Shown here: positions 39,283 through 48,388 of the stretch, in pieces
Position numbering within the stretch: position 1 is the stretch's first letter
Layout of the letters: each line of letters starts with the position of its first letter
Source: an uncultured Bdellovibrionales bacterium
Lineage (GTDB): Bacteria; Bdellovibrionota_C; UBA2361; OMII01
NCBI GenBank assembly: GCA_964655155.1
Contig: CAZZLV010000001.1
Coordinates: 1 to 50,670 of the forward strand
DNA: 50,670 nt
Reading direction: 5' to 3'
The notes under the pieces: generated by a model
What the model was told of the DNA's origin: nothing
Seen by the model: only the letters and a program-made list of their open reading frames with translations
Database searches by the model: none
Translations under genes and position numbers: made by a program

Positions 39283-40908
39283 TTAGGTTGATATCAATCG
39301 GCCCTGATCGAAGCTAACCTCGCGCGAGCAGAAGCTGCGAAAAGCTGGCTCATGAGAGGCGATGATGATCGTTTTCTCCGGGCTAATTTTCCTAAGGCAG
39401 TGTAAAACGGCAAGCTCTGAACCCTCATCGAGGTTGGACGTCGGTTCATCAAGCAGTAGTACCGGCCGCATAAGTAGGATGGCGCGAGCTATCGATATGC
39501 GCTGTTTTTGTCCTGCTGAGAGTCGCAGACCTTTTTCGCCAACTAGAGTATCCAGCCCTGAGGGTAGGCTCGTTAGCAATTCTGCTAGTCCAAGATCTGT
39601 CAGCAAGGAGAAGATCTCAGTGTCGCTGATTGCGGCATCCATACGCAGATTATCACGTAATGACAGGTTAAAGAGCTCTGACTCCTGGGAAGCTAGAGCA
39701 AATGATCTGGTTACAGAGCTGCCGTAATGGTCAAATGCCACATCATTCCAGCGGCAGGAGCCTTGCTCTGGAATACGCAGATTGGCGAGTAGTGAAAGAA
39801 ACGTGCTCTTGCCCTGGCCTGAGGCGCCCGTTATCAGAAGTCGTTCTCCGCTATGAATGACAAGTTTAGGAATCCTGATTGCGTGAGTGCTGCCTGCGTG
39901 AGTGAATACGACACCTCGCATCTCAAGGGTCTTTAGTGGCGGTAGTTCACTGATAAGCTCACAACCTTTATATGCTAGTAGGGCATTAAGTCGAGAAACG
40001 TATGTATCTGTTTCGAGAAGGGATTTAATTAGCTCAGAGAGGCGCTCTGCATGCCCCCTAATTGTCGAAAATCCGGCGATAAACAGGATTAAAATCGATG
40101 GTGATAGTAGCCCTGAATCTATCCGATTCAGGATAAATCCAATAGTTGTTAGCAAGGACACAAAAAAAATGGAATGAAGTAAAGCCCAGCGCAATGCGTG
40201 GAATTTTTGTAGTCCTAAGATAGCTTGATTGTTGATGTTAAATGTTTGGGAGATCATCCGCTCTGCCCATGCAGCGATGCCTAGTCTCTTAACTGTGCCA
40301 ATATTCGCCAGAAAATCGATGTAGCGCTCTGCTGCCCGAGCAGACGTCTGATTTAATTGATCTGCAAGAGGCATCATCCGGCGAGCAAGGAGAAAACTTA
40401 TAAGTAGAAATAGCGCCAGCAGGATTAAGTTAAAGCATGCCATAGCACTCGATTCTCGCGCTGTAAAATAGACGAATAGAGTTAGGGTGGATAAAAGATG
40501 ACCACACAGCCATACTATACTTGTAACCAGGCCACCGACCGACGTGGCAACTTGGTTTATCAATGAGGCTAGATAGCCTGAATGGTAGCGAGAGAGGGTA
40601 TCTATTCGTAGCTGCTCAACATCGCGAAAGAGCCTTATACGGAGAGCATTCGCTAACCAGGCAGGTAGTGACTCGCCCCAACGACGGAGGATCCATTGGA
40701 GGACGATCGTCCCGCCGAGGCAGAGCGCAACCATCGGCATGATGTCTTGAACCAGGTCTCTTGGTATCCCATCAGGTCTAGTGAATTCAGCCAGGAGTAT
40801 CGGTACAGCAAACCCGGCGATTCCGTCGAGCAAGCCCACAAGAAGTAATAGCCAGAACATGAAGGTGTAACGGCCGAGGTGAGCTAGGATGAATTTCAGT
40901 GTGCACAT
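39283..40908 (-). CDS. ABC exporter, fused permease/ATP-binding protein
   Basis: N-terminal multi-TM domain, Walker A GASGQGKST, signature LSAGQKQRISIARA, Walker B VLLLDEPTSNLD. Confidence 0.85.
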   Translation of the reverse strand: MCTLKFILAHLGRYTFMFWLLLLVGLLDGIAGFAVPILLAEFTRPDGIPRDLVQDIMPMVALCLGGTIVLQWILRRWGESLPAWLANALRIRLFRDVEQLRIDTLSRYHSGYLASLINQVATSVGGLVTSIVWLCGHLLSTLTLFVYFTARESSAMACFNLILLALFLLISFLLARRMMPLADQLNQTSARAAERYIDFLANIGTVKRLGIAAWAERMISQTFNINNQAILGLQKFHALRWALLHSIFFVSLLTTIGFILNRIDSGLLSPSILILFIAGFSTIRGHAERLSELIKSLLETDTYVSRLNALLAYKGCELISELPPLKTLEMRGVVFTHAGSTHAIRIPKLVIHSGERLLITGASGQGKSTFLSLLANLRIPEQGSCRWNDVAFDHYGSSVTRSFALASQESELFNLSLRDNLRMDAAISDTEIFSLLTDLGLAELLTSLPSGLDTLVGEKGLRLSAGQKQRISIARAILLMRPVLLLDEPTSNLDEGSELAVLHCLRKISPEKTIIIASHEPAFRSFCSREVSFDQGRLIST

Positions 40909-41069
40909 AGTCTTACCATCAGTCTTACGACATTGATTGCGCTTTTGCTATGCACTAAAAATAGGTAACTACTTGGCAAATCCAGTAGCTGTAGCGTTAG
41001 CCACTATCAAGGGGCGGCTCTGCGGAGCAAAGCGGTGTGTAAGCAGTAACCCTAATAACTGCTGATTAG

Positions 41070-41870
41070 TTATGAATAGAGATGAGCTCCAGCGACTAAA
41101 ACTACAATAAGTATATATAGGGTCGCTAGGTGCAGAAATCGGTCACTTGAGATCTCAGACATCTTACCCCTGTTCCAGGTATATCGAGTCCCTAAGACGA
41201 GAAACGATAACGTCACTATGTAGCTGGGTGGAAGCTGCCGGATTAAACTGAGAGAGCTGATGGCAACCGCCGGAAATGATATGCTTAATCGATAAAGTGG
41301 GAGCAGCCATCTTGGGTGCGCACCACGAAAGCTTGAGGCATGCCAGGTGATTTCAACGGCACCGGTCAACACTCCGACAGCAAAACCGAGCACTGTGGCC
41401 TGCCAAGAAAGTGTGTCGAGAGCCATCAGAAAAGATAGTACACTCAGAAGTGAATGAGATAACGGCGCGGTGATCGCTGCAACATTTGGGCGCCCCTGCT
41501 CCCAGGAGCCTCGAGACATTCCTCGAGTCGCCAAGACTGCTAGGAGTAAGAGAAATTGAGATTGATCGGCCTGCCCTCTGAATGCCTGCAGCATAACCAA
41601 AACAACCATTCCGAGAATGCAGCCCACTGCACCATATCCACGTGCCCTTCTTGAGCCTAGGTTTCTTTCGCGAACCCACAACATAAGCACACTCTCGGCT
41701 GCGCCCCAGAGCACTAACACGATTAAGGCGCGAAGGAATCGATCGACCAAGAGAGTAGTGCGTTCAAGCGGAATGTCAGCCAGAATGACGAATCCAAGCG
41801 AAGAAAATAGCGGTGCGAGGCGGATAGAAATAAACAAGAGGGTTGCGGTAATTCCTGCTGGCGTTTTCAT
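41070..41870 (-). CDS. Hypothetical polytopic membrane protein
   Basis: 266 aa with several hydrophobic helices and no recognisable motif. It lies upstream of the ABC exporter on the same strand. Confidence 0.5.
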   Translation of the reverse strand: MKTPAGITATLLFISIRLAPLFSSLGFVILADIPLERTTLLVDRFLRALIVLVLWGAAESVLMLWVRERNLGSRRARGYGAVGCILGMVVLVMLQAFRGQADQSQFLLLLAVLATRGMSRGSWEQGRPNVAAITAPLSHSLLSVLSFLMALDTLSWQATVLGFAVGVLTGAVEITWHASSFRGAHPRWLLPLYRLSISFPAVAISSLSLIRQLPPSYIVTLSFLVLGTRYTWNRGKMSEISSDRFLHLATLYILIVVLVAGAHLYS

Positions 41871-41936
41871 GAATGGGGTATCCTGGAGATGCTCCGCTTG
41901 GACCTTTGCCTATTAGCGAAAGATTTTAGATTAGGG

Positions 41937-42085
41937 CTATGGCTTTTTTCAAAAGTGATTAGCAATATAGCGGCTTTTGGAAAACGCTATCGAATCGCGG
42001 ACGCGAATCAAAACGACAATCTATAGTGATTTAAGGCAAAAGCCTTGCCAGTTTTACTGGAACGGACTTTTGCAAATCACTATAG
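41937..42085 (+). mobile_element. F2 repeat, copy c (149 bp)
   Basis: CTATGGCTTTTTTCAAAAGTG...GAATCGCGGACGCGAATC...AAATCACTATAG. Confidence 0.85.
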
Positions 42086-42213
42086 AGACCACGCCTGTCC
42101 TTGAGGATAATAAGATCAAGCATGTTTTCGCAAGTAGTTGATATATAGAGGAGATTAAGCCAAAAAAATGGCAGCAGAAGTGTATTAGCTAGCTGCTTGT
42201 CCAGCAAATATGA

Positions 42214-42361
42214 ATATAGCATTTTTCAAAAGTCATTAGCGACTTAACGGCTTTTGGAAAAGGCTATCGATTGGCGGACGCGAGTCAAAACAACAACCTA
42301 CAGTGATTTACGGCAAAAGCCTTGCCAGTTTGCTGGCACGGACTTTTGCAAATCACTATAG
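42214..42361 (+). mobile_element. F2 repeat, copy d (148 bp)
   Basis: ATATAGCATTTTTCAAAAGTC...GATTGGCGGACGCGAGTC...AAATCACTATAG, same orientation as copy c and 128 bp downstream of it. Confidence 0.85.
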
Positions 42362-42446
42362 CGCTTTGCAGACACGCAGCTGTTCCTCTTTGAGGCCTAA
42401 AACGCTTATACTAATCGGCGTTAATCAAAAGCTAATTAGCCAGCCT

Positions 42447-43166
42447 ATGGAAACTTCTCACTTACTCAGCGCTTCAGATAGCCCGGCGAGCACTGCAGGG
42501 GTACGCGCTATGTTCGATGCAATAGCCTCTCGCTACGATCTTCTCAATACCGTCTTGAGTTGCGGGATGCATCGGGTGTGGGAGAGGCGTTTGGTTGGTT
42601 CTTTGCCTACTTCTGGCAACAGGAGATGTCTTGATCTCTGTACTGGCACAGGAGCATTAGTGCCGAGGTTAGCAAAGCACTTTCAGGAAGTGGTGGGTCT
42701 AGACATCTCTCCGCAGATGTTGGCGGTGGCTAGAAAGAGGTGGAGATCGATCGCGAATGTCACTTGGGTGGAGGGAGATGCGCAAAAGCTAGCCTTTGCA
42801 GGAGCTGAGTTTGATGCTGTAACAGTGGCCTATGGAGTTAGAAACTGGCCAGATACCGTAGCTGGTTTGGCTGAGGTTTATAGGGTTCTCAGACCTGGAG
42901 GTAGTGTTGCTATTCTTGAGTTCGGGCAGCCACGCAATAAGTTGTGGAAGTGGTGTTTTGGGCTTTACTCGCAGTGGATTATTCCTATGATTGGTGGATG
43001 GATCTCCGGAACCCGTGCGCCGTACGAGTATCTGCCCAGAACATCAGCGGTTTTTCCGTGTGGCGATAGATTTGTCTCAATCCTAAAAGATGTTGGGTTT
43101 TCACGCGTACGGCAGGCGTCCCTAATGGGTGGTGTTGCATTTGTTTACCTGGCTAGTAAAGAGTAA
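42447..43166 (+). CDS. ubiE: Demethylmenaquinone / ubiquinone C-methyltransferase
   Basis: MFDAIASRYDLLNTVLSCGMHRVWER plus SAM motif CLDLCTGTG. I prefer the start at METSH (42447), because the 48-codon upstream extension in the track runs into F2 copy d. Confidence 0.85.
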   Translation: METSHLLSASDSPASTAGVRAMFDAIASRYDLLNTVLSCGMHRVWERRLVGSLPTSGNRRCLDLCTGTGALVPRLAKHFQEVVGLDISPQMLAVARKRWRSIANVTWVEGDAQKLAFAGAEFDAVTVAYGVRNWPDTVAGLAEVYRVLRPGGSVAILEFGQPRNKLWKWCFGLYSQWIIPMIGGWISGTRAPYEYLPRTSAVFPCGDRFVSILKDVGFSRVRQASLMGGVAFVYLASKE

Positions 43167-43185
43167 CCGTCAGTGAGGAGATGCA

Positions 43186-43791
43186 ATGGCAGCAGAACGA
43201 GCTAGATCGGTGTGGGTGATAGGAGTAACGGGTGCCAGTGGCGTGCGCTATGCGATGCGCCTATTGCAGGTGTTACCGAGCCTTGTGGATGAAGTTCATT
43301 CAGTTTTCTCGGAGGCTGCTTTGCGAGTCTTGAACGATGAAGAGGGGCTGGCGATTAGTCAGTCAACTCTTAGTTTAGAGAAGCTATGTGGGTGTGTAGC
43401 TAACAACGTTACTTTCTATAACAGTAGAGATATCGGAGCAAGAATAGCCTCGGGTTCTATGTTGACCTCTGGGATGGTGATTATTCCCTGCTCTATGTCT
43501 ACGCTTGGTGCCCTCGCGCAAGGAATTCCCAGTCACCTGGTACATCGAGCTGCAGATGTGACGATGAAAGAAGGCCGGAAGCTGATTATCGTTCCGCGGG
43601 AAACACCACTTTCACCGATTCATCTCGAGAATATGTTAAAGCTATCACGATACGGGGTAAAGGTGATACCCGCTATGCCGGCTTTCTACAATCGGCCGAC
43701 TTCGATAGATGAGCTGGTTGACCAGTTTGTAATGAAAGTGCTTGATGGAATGGGGGTGGCGCATACTCTTGGTCGCCGCTGGAAAGAGTAA
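43186..43791 (+). CDS. ubiX: Flavin prenyltransferase UbiX
   Basis: VIGVTGASGVRYAMRLLQVL, about 200 aa, located next to a UbiA-family gene. Confidence 0.85.
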   Translation: MAAERARSVWVIGVTGASGVRYAMRLLQVLPSLVDEVHSVFSEAALRVLNDEEGLAISQSTLSLEKLCGCVANNVTFYNSRDIGARIASGSMLTSGMVIIPCSMSTLGALAQGIPSHLVHRAADVTMKEGRKLIIVPRETPLSPIHLENMLKLSRYGVKVIPAMPAFYNRPTSIDELVDQFVMKVLDGMGVAHTLGRRWKE

Positions 43792-43796
43792 TACTC

Positions 43797-44657
43797 ATGG
43801 GGGTAATTGCTAATAGGTTGGTTTTGTGGGGCAGTCTTATACGCTTCTCCCATTCGGTATTTGCGCTCCCGTTTGCGGTAATAATGATTGTAGTGGTGAG
43901 TCGCAGCTATCCGGTTACATGGCAGCAGCACGCATTGCTCTTGGTATGCATAGTGGCAGCTCGGTCGGCTGCTATGGCTTTTAATCGAATTGTCGATGCT
44001 AACATAGACGCAGACAATGAGCGCACGGAAAATCGCGAGATCCCTAGTGGTCGAGTTTCGATTCGAGAGGCCCAGTTGTTCACTGTTGCAGCATCTTTTG
44101 TTTTTATTGCTGGATCTTTCAAACTCGGATGGCACTGCGGCGTGTTGTCTGTTCCCGTACTCGGAATTCTGTTTGGATATTCGTTTGTGAAGCGATTTTC
44201 TAACCTATGTCACTTTATCCTGGGGATAGCACTGGCGCTCGCTCCAGGAGGTGCTTGGTATGCGTTAACGGCAATATGGTCGTGGCAGCCTGTGCCGCTG
44301 ATGGTGAGTGTTATGTTTTGGGTCGCTGGATTTGATATTCTTTACGCCTGCCAGGATGAAAAGTTCGACCGCGCCTACGGGTTAAAGAGTATCCCAAGCT
44401 CTGTGGGAGTTGTTCGTGCGCGTATTGCGTCTTTGATCTTGCATGGTCTAAGCCTCTTTTTTTTAGCGCATTTCGGGGTAAGCTTCGAGCTAGGAATCTG
44501 GTTTTGGTGTGGAGCTGCTATATTTGCAGTATTGATAGCAGGACAGCACGTAGTGGTGTATCGACACGGATTAAGCTCGATTGATCAGCTGTTTTTCGTC
44601 CGTAATGGTTTGGCTAGCATTGCGCTGCTAGGGTTTGTTGTGCTTGACCAGTGGTAG
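43797..44657 (+). CDS. ubiA: UbiA-family aromatic prenyltransferase (UbiA or MqnP type)
   Basis: Polytopic protein with the Asp-rich motif NRIVDANIDADNERTENREIPSG and a second YACQDEKFD motif. Confidence 0.75.
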   Translation: MGVIANRLVLWGSLIRFSHSVFALPFAVIMIVVVSRSYPVTWQQHALLLVCIVAARSAAMAFNRIVDANIDADNERTENREIPSGRVSIREAQLFTVAASFVFIAGSFKLGWHCGVLSVPVLGILFGYSFVKRFSNLCHFILGIALALAPGGAWYALTAIWSWQPVPLMVSVMFWVAGFDILYACQDEKFDRAYGLKSIPSSVGVVRARIASLILHGLSLFFLAHFGVSFELGIWFWCGAAIFAVLIAGQHVVVYRHGLSSIDQLFFVRNGLASIALLGFVVLDQW

Positions 44658-44667
44658 TACAGATTAT

Positions 44668-44902
44668 CCTAAATTCGGCAGTTGCGGGTCTGAAAATGGC
44701 GCATCTAACTAAAATCACTTTGTCTTTTGAATTTTCGGTGCTCACCCTGACGGTGCCAGAGCTCAAGCCTTAAGAAAATTTCAAAATCCTTGGTGCTTTA
44801 AGTCCGAATATTGCACGAAAGTGCAAGATTCGGGCGAGCAAGTGCAAGGAAGCTGATTAGCCACCTGCACCATTTGCGTTCCCCTTAACTGCCGTTTTTA
44901 GG
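44668..44902 (+). mobile_element. F1 MITE-like repeat, copy 8 (235 bp including a nested F3 fragment)
   Basis: CCTAAATTCGGCAGTTGCGGGTCTG...AACTGCCGTTTTTAGG. It starts 10 nt after the ubiA stop. Confidence 0.88.
44803..44856 (+). mobile_element. F3 repeat, copy b (54-bp truncated copy) nested inside F1 copy 8
   Basis: TCCGAATATTGCACGAAAGTGCAAGATTCGGGCGAGCAAGTGCAAGGAAGC interrupts the F1 sequence GTGCTTTTAGCCACC. Flanks are TAAG and TTAG. Confidence 0.8.
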
Positions 44903-44923
44903 ATAAAATAAGTCGCACAGGGT

Positions 44924-45778
44924 TTAGCTCACTACGGCTGTACCACAGCCAGCTGCCCCAGTGATGGCCTGCGAAACAACAGCGCATCTAGCAGCATTGC
45001 ATATGATAGCGCGTTTACAGCCAGCTTGAAGAGCTCGTGTTGCGCATCGTACCTTGGGGACCATGCCACTATGTATTATCCCCTCAGCGATTAGTTGCTC
45101 AATAGTATTAGGCGAGAGTGAAGCTTGCACTACTTCCGATCTTTTAACGCCATCGACATCGGTCAGAAAGATGCAGGCTGATACCTGAAGTGCCCCTGCT
45201 AAGGCGGCTGCGGCATAATCAGCGTTTACATTAAGTGGCATGCCCTCGACTGTTTCAGCGACTGGCGATACGATCGGGATGTATCCAGCCTGAAGTAGCG
45301 CTTGGATCGGTGCTGTGTTGCAGCGCGTAACCTCACCGACTAATCCGAGGTCTCTGGCAGCGGAAGAGATGCTTTTATTACCCTCCAATAGGTGAGCATC
45401 GCGTCCGGAGATGCCGACCGCTGGAGTGCCGCAGCGCGTTATGCGCGACGCGAGGTCTTTGTTTATAGCTCCGGAGAGAACCATCTCAGTTGCTGCCATC
45501 GCGTCAGGATTCGTTACGCGCAGTCCGTCAATAAATTCAGAATGGATAGCAAGACGCTTAAGTGTACGAGAGATCTCTTTGCCCCCCCCGTGAACAACTA
45601 CCATTCTAATACCTACCTTTGAAATAGCAGCGATCTCTTCGCACACAGACTGCCTTACTTTGGCTGATTCCATAGCTGCGCCACCGTATTTCACAAGGTA
45701 ACAATGATCGCGGTGATCGAGGAGTTTGGGATAATCCTTAATAAGCTGAGAGGGTGTATATGTTGACACAGTTTGCAT
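44924..45778 (-). CDS. argB: Acetylglutamate kinase
   Basis: LVKYGGAAM, VVVHGGG and amino-acid kinase family features, located downstream of argC. Confidence 0.9.
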   Translation of the reverse strand: MQTVSTYTPSQLIKDYPKLLDHRDHCYLVKYGGAAMESAKVRQSVCEEIAAISKVGIRMVVVHGGGKEISRTLKRLAIHSEFIDGLRVTNPDAMAATEMVLSGAINKDLASRITRCGTPAVGISGRDAHLLEGNKSISSAARDLGLVGEVTRCNTAPIQALLQAGYIPIVSPVAETVEGMPLNVNADYAAAALAGALQVSACIFLTDVDGVKRSEVVQASLSPNTIEQLIAEGIIHSGMVPKVRCATRALQAGCKRAIICNAARCAVVSQAITGAAGCGTAVVS

Positions 45779-45799
45779 GGTCTTTAGCTTTCGTAAATT

Positions 45800-46855
45800 C
45801 TATACAGGCCCAAGAGCTGGAATTGTTAAGCCTGCATCTTCAGGGAGTCCGAGAAGGAGATTGAGATTCTGGATACATTGGCCAGCCATACCCTTGACCA
45901 GATTGTCGAGCGCACTGAACACCATGACCTGTCTGTCACGAACAACGATATGCAGGTCACAAAAATTAGTTCCAACGATGTCAACTAGCCTAGCTGGTTG
46001 ATTTCTAAGGCGCACGAACTGTGCCGATTGATAGAGGGATCGATATCGTTCAGGCAGAGCGGCTGCACTGGCTGCATTCCGACACGTTATGTAACACGAT
46101 ACGAGGCAACCACGTGAAACTGGCAAAAGATGAGGTGTAAACATGAATGAATCTCGCGCCGAGAACGTCGGGCCAAGGGCCTGCAGGATCTCTGGCTCAT
46201 GTCGGTGTTCAAGCACCTTGTATGCAGTGCAGTCGTGCGCACGACTAGGATGGTGCATCGATGGTTGTGGTTCGCGACCTGCGCCTGAGGTTCCTGTTTT
46301 GCCATCAACGGCCACATGGATAGCGGCATCAACATCACTCAGGGGTGCAAGCGCTAAGATCGCAGCGGTGGCCAGACAGCCTGGGTTGGTTATAAGTTGA
46401 GCCTTGGAAATTTGTTGTTTGGACTTAATCTCAGGAAGTCCGTATACAGCTTCGGATCGTAATTCAGGAGAAAAAGGTACATCTGGATAGTATTGAGAGT
46501 GAATCAGTGGGTCTTTTAGCCTTAGATCTCCTGATAGATCAATTACAGGTAGCTCTGAAGATATATCCTGAGATAATAATTCGTTGATTATCGGCACTGC
46601 TGTTCCTGTTGGAACTGAGCACACAATTGCGGCTCTTTTGTAGCGATTATGCCAATCCTTTTGGAGCTTTTCAGTAAACACGAGCGGGCAAATGCGCTCC
46701 AGATGAGAATGCACTGATGAGACAGTTTTCCCAGCATGCGAACGCGATACCACACCAGCAACCTCGATTGATGGATGTCCGGAGAGAAGTCGTAGCAACT
46801 CCCCAGCGCCGTATCCACTGCCGCCTATAATTGCTACTCCGAAATCTTTTTTCAT
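45800..46855 (-). CDS. argC: N-acetyl-gamma-glutamyl-phosphate reductase
   Basis: IIGGSGYGAGELLRLL Rossmann motif and active-site ITNPGCLATA. Confidence 0.9.
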   Translation of the reverse strand: MKKDFGVAIIGGSGYGAGELLRLLSGHPSIEVAGVVSRSHAGKTVSSVHSHLERICPLVFTEKLQKDWHNRYKRAAIVCSVPTGTAVPIINELLSQDISSELPVIDLSGDLRLKDPLIHSQYYPDVPFSPELRSEAVYGLPEIKSKQQISKAQLITNPGCLATAAILALAPLSDVDAAIHVAVDGKTGTSGAGREPQPSMHHPSRAHDCTAYKVLEHRHEPEILQALGPTFSARDSFMFTPHLLPVSRGCLVSCYITCRNAASAAALPERYRSLYQSAQFVRLRNQPARLVDIVGTNFCDLHIVVRDRQVMVFSALDNLVKGMAGQCIQNLNLLLGLPEDAGLTIPALGPV

Positions 46856-47060
46856 CCAGATCTCCTTTCAGTTGTATCTAATTGCTGTTGATCGGAGGTG
46901 AACTGAGGCTCGTTTATTTGTAGTGCAGAGATTAAGCCTGCCACCACATACACCTCGATGCTCAGCTAACGCACCCTCCGAAATAAGCCAAGTATGACAC
47001 ATTGATAACCAAAAGGGAGTGGCAGGGGAGTTTATGCACGCCCGCTAACTTATGCTTTAA

Positions 47061-47237
47061 CTTACATTCGGCAGTTGCGGGTCTGAAAATGGCGCATATG
47101 ATCAGAATCAAGTTGTTTCTCTAATTTTTGGGTGCGCACCTTCACGGTGCTATGCTTATAGACCCCGAATAGGTCACAACACTGCGCGCCTTTAGCCACT
47201 TGCACCATTTCAATCAGCGCCAACTGCCGAATTTATA
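47061..47237 (+). mobile_element. F1 MITE-like repeat, copy 9 (diverged)
   Basis: CTTACATTCGGCAGTTGCGGGTCTGAAAATGGCGCAT...GCACCTTCACGGTGC...TTAGCCACTTGCACCATTT...AACTGCCGAATTTATA. Only the ends and a few internal blocks are retained. Confidence 0.7.
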
Positions 47238-47383
47238 TGGCGTCCTTCAAAAGTCCGTAGCGATATAGCGGCTTTTGGAAAACGGTATCGATTCGCGGAA
47301 GCGAATCAAAACAACAACCTATAGTGATTTACGGCAAAAGTCTTGCCAGTTTTACTGGCACGGACTTTTGCAAATCACCACAG
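47235..47383 (+). mobile_element. F2 repeat, copy e (149 bp), abutting F1 copy 9
   Basis: ATATGGCGTCCTTCAAAAGTCC...GATTCGCGGAAGCGAATC...AAATCACCACAG. Confidence 0.8.
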
Positions 47384-47634
47384 GTTTAAGGGGATCTCGT
47401 ACAGTACACAGGTTAGTTTGTGGCGTTATTTCCTAGTAATAATCTAGAAGACAGTAAGTTATATCGATATACAGCATACTTCGCGCGCCCATAATGCTTA
47501 GCATATACCTAAAAACGGTTCCAAACGGTAAGGGAGAAAGACATTCTGTCGATACCGAATGCTAGAGGTAAGGGTGATGTCCATGACAGGAAGCGCGGTT
47601 CGTTAATTTTATTTAGAGAGAGAGGTGAGATTGT

Positions 47635-48141
47635 ATGGGAGATATTCGAGCAGCGAGTCCGAAACGCGGAGTGCAGATTCCGGGGTCTTACAGTGATACA
47701 GAAGTTCTTGGGCTAGCCATCTGGGATGCGGATGAGAGCAGAGCGATCAGGCAGCGGAGATCACCAAATAATCAGTCGGTGTTAGTGGTGGATGATGATC
47801 CTGAGCAGTTAAAGTTTCTCAAGCGTGTTATCGAGCGTGGGGGATTTAGGGTCATAGCTTCTAACTCTGCTACAGAGGCGCTCGATGTACTTGGTGAACG
47901 GCCGGTTGACCTAATCGTATCTGACTATAAGATGCCGGAGATGAATGGATTCGAATTTTTGGAGGCTCTTAGAGGTATTGAGCCAGACTGGGGCTTAGCC
48001 AATGTACCGGTCATCATGCTCACAGCCTGTGGAGAGGATCTCGAATTTGTATCGCTTGAGCGCGGAGCAGATATGTTCTGTGAGAAATTTCGTGCAGAGT
48101 CTTTGCTGATTAAGCAGATAAACTTCCTGCTCGAAGTCTAG
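47635..48141 (+). CDS. Single-domain response regulator (CheY-like receiver)
   Basis: VLVVDDDPEQL, phospho-acceptor context DLIVSDYKMPEMNG, and VIMLTA. There is no output domain. Confidence 0.8.
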   Translation: MGDIRAASPKRGVQIPGSYSDTEVLGLAIWDADESRAIRQRRSPNNQSVLVVDDDPEQLKFLKRVIERGGFRVIASNSATEALDVLGERPVDLIVSDYKMPEMNGFEFLEALRGIEPDWGLANVPVIMLTACGEDLEFVSLERGADMFCEKFRAESLLIKQINFLLEV

Positions 48142-48271
48142 GGCGTATTTTTCACGAAGCTCGCTGCGCTCTCCGTGAAAATGCTCCAAATTCCTCCGCT
48201 GTGCTTCGGAATTTGCAAGAGCTTCCTTGCACTTGATCGCCCGAATCTCGCACTTTCGTGCAATATTCGGG
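48142..48271 (-). mobile_element. F3 repeat, copy c (130 bp, reverse orientation)
   Basis: The reverse complement starts CCCGAATATTGCACGAAAGTGCGAGATTCGGG and ends CGTGAAAAATACGCC. It is flanked by CTAG at 48138-48141 (which includes the response-regulator stop) and 48272-48275. Confidence 0.8.
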
Positions 48272-48283
48272 CTAGGGCCTTAG

Positions 48284-48315
48284 CCCAAACGTAGCACGAA
48301 CAGGCAATATTTGGG
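48284..48315. repeat. 32-nt hairpin CCCAAA...TTTGGG flanked by TTAG on both sides; possible relic of the F3 5' module
   Basis: TTAG-CCCAAACGTAGCACGAACAGGCAATATTTGGG-TTAG has the same length and end logic as the first 32 nt of F3 (CCCGAATATTGCACGAAAGTGCAAGATTCGGG). Confidence 0.35.
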
Positions 48316-48388
48316 TTAGCAAGAGCATGGATGGCTTTTTTCCGCATGTTTTTTCGGCTACCTCAGTGGTATTTGTGAAAAACATGGG

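Noticed and set aside
42031-42446. ORF 42031..42222 and the 48-codon N-terminal extension of the ubiE ORF (42303..42446)
   Set aside because: Both are encoded largely by F2 repeat copies. UbiE homology begins at METSH (42447).
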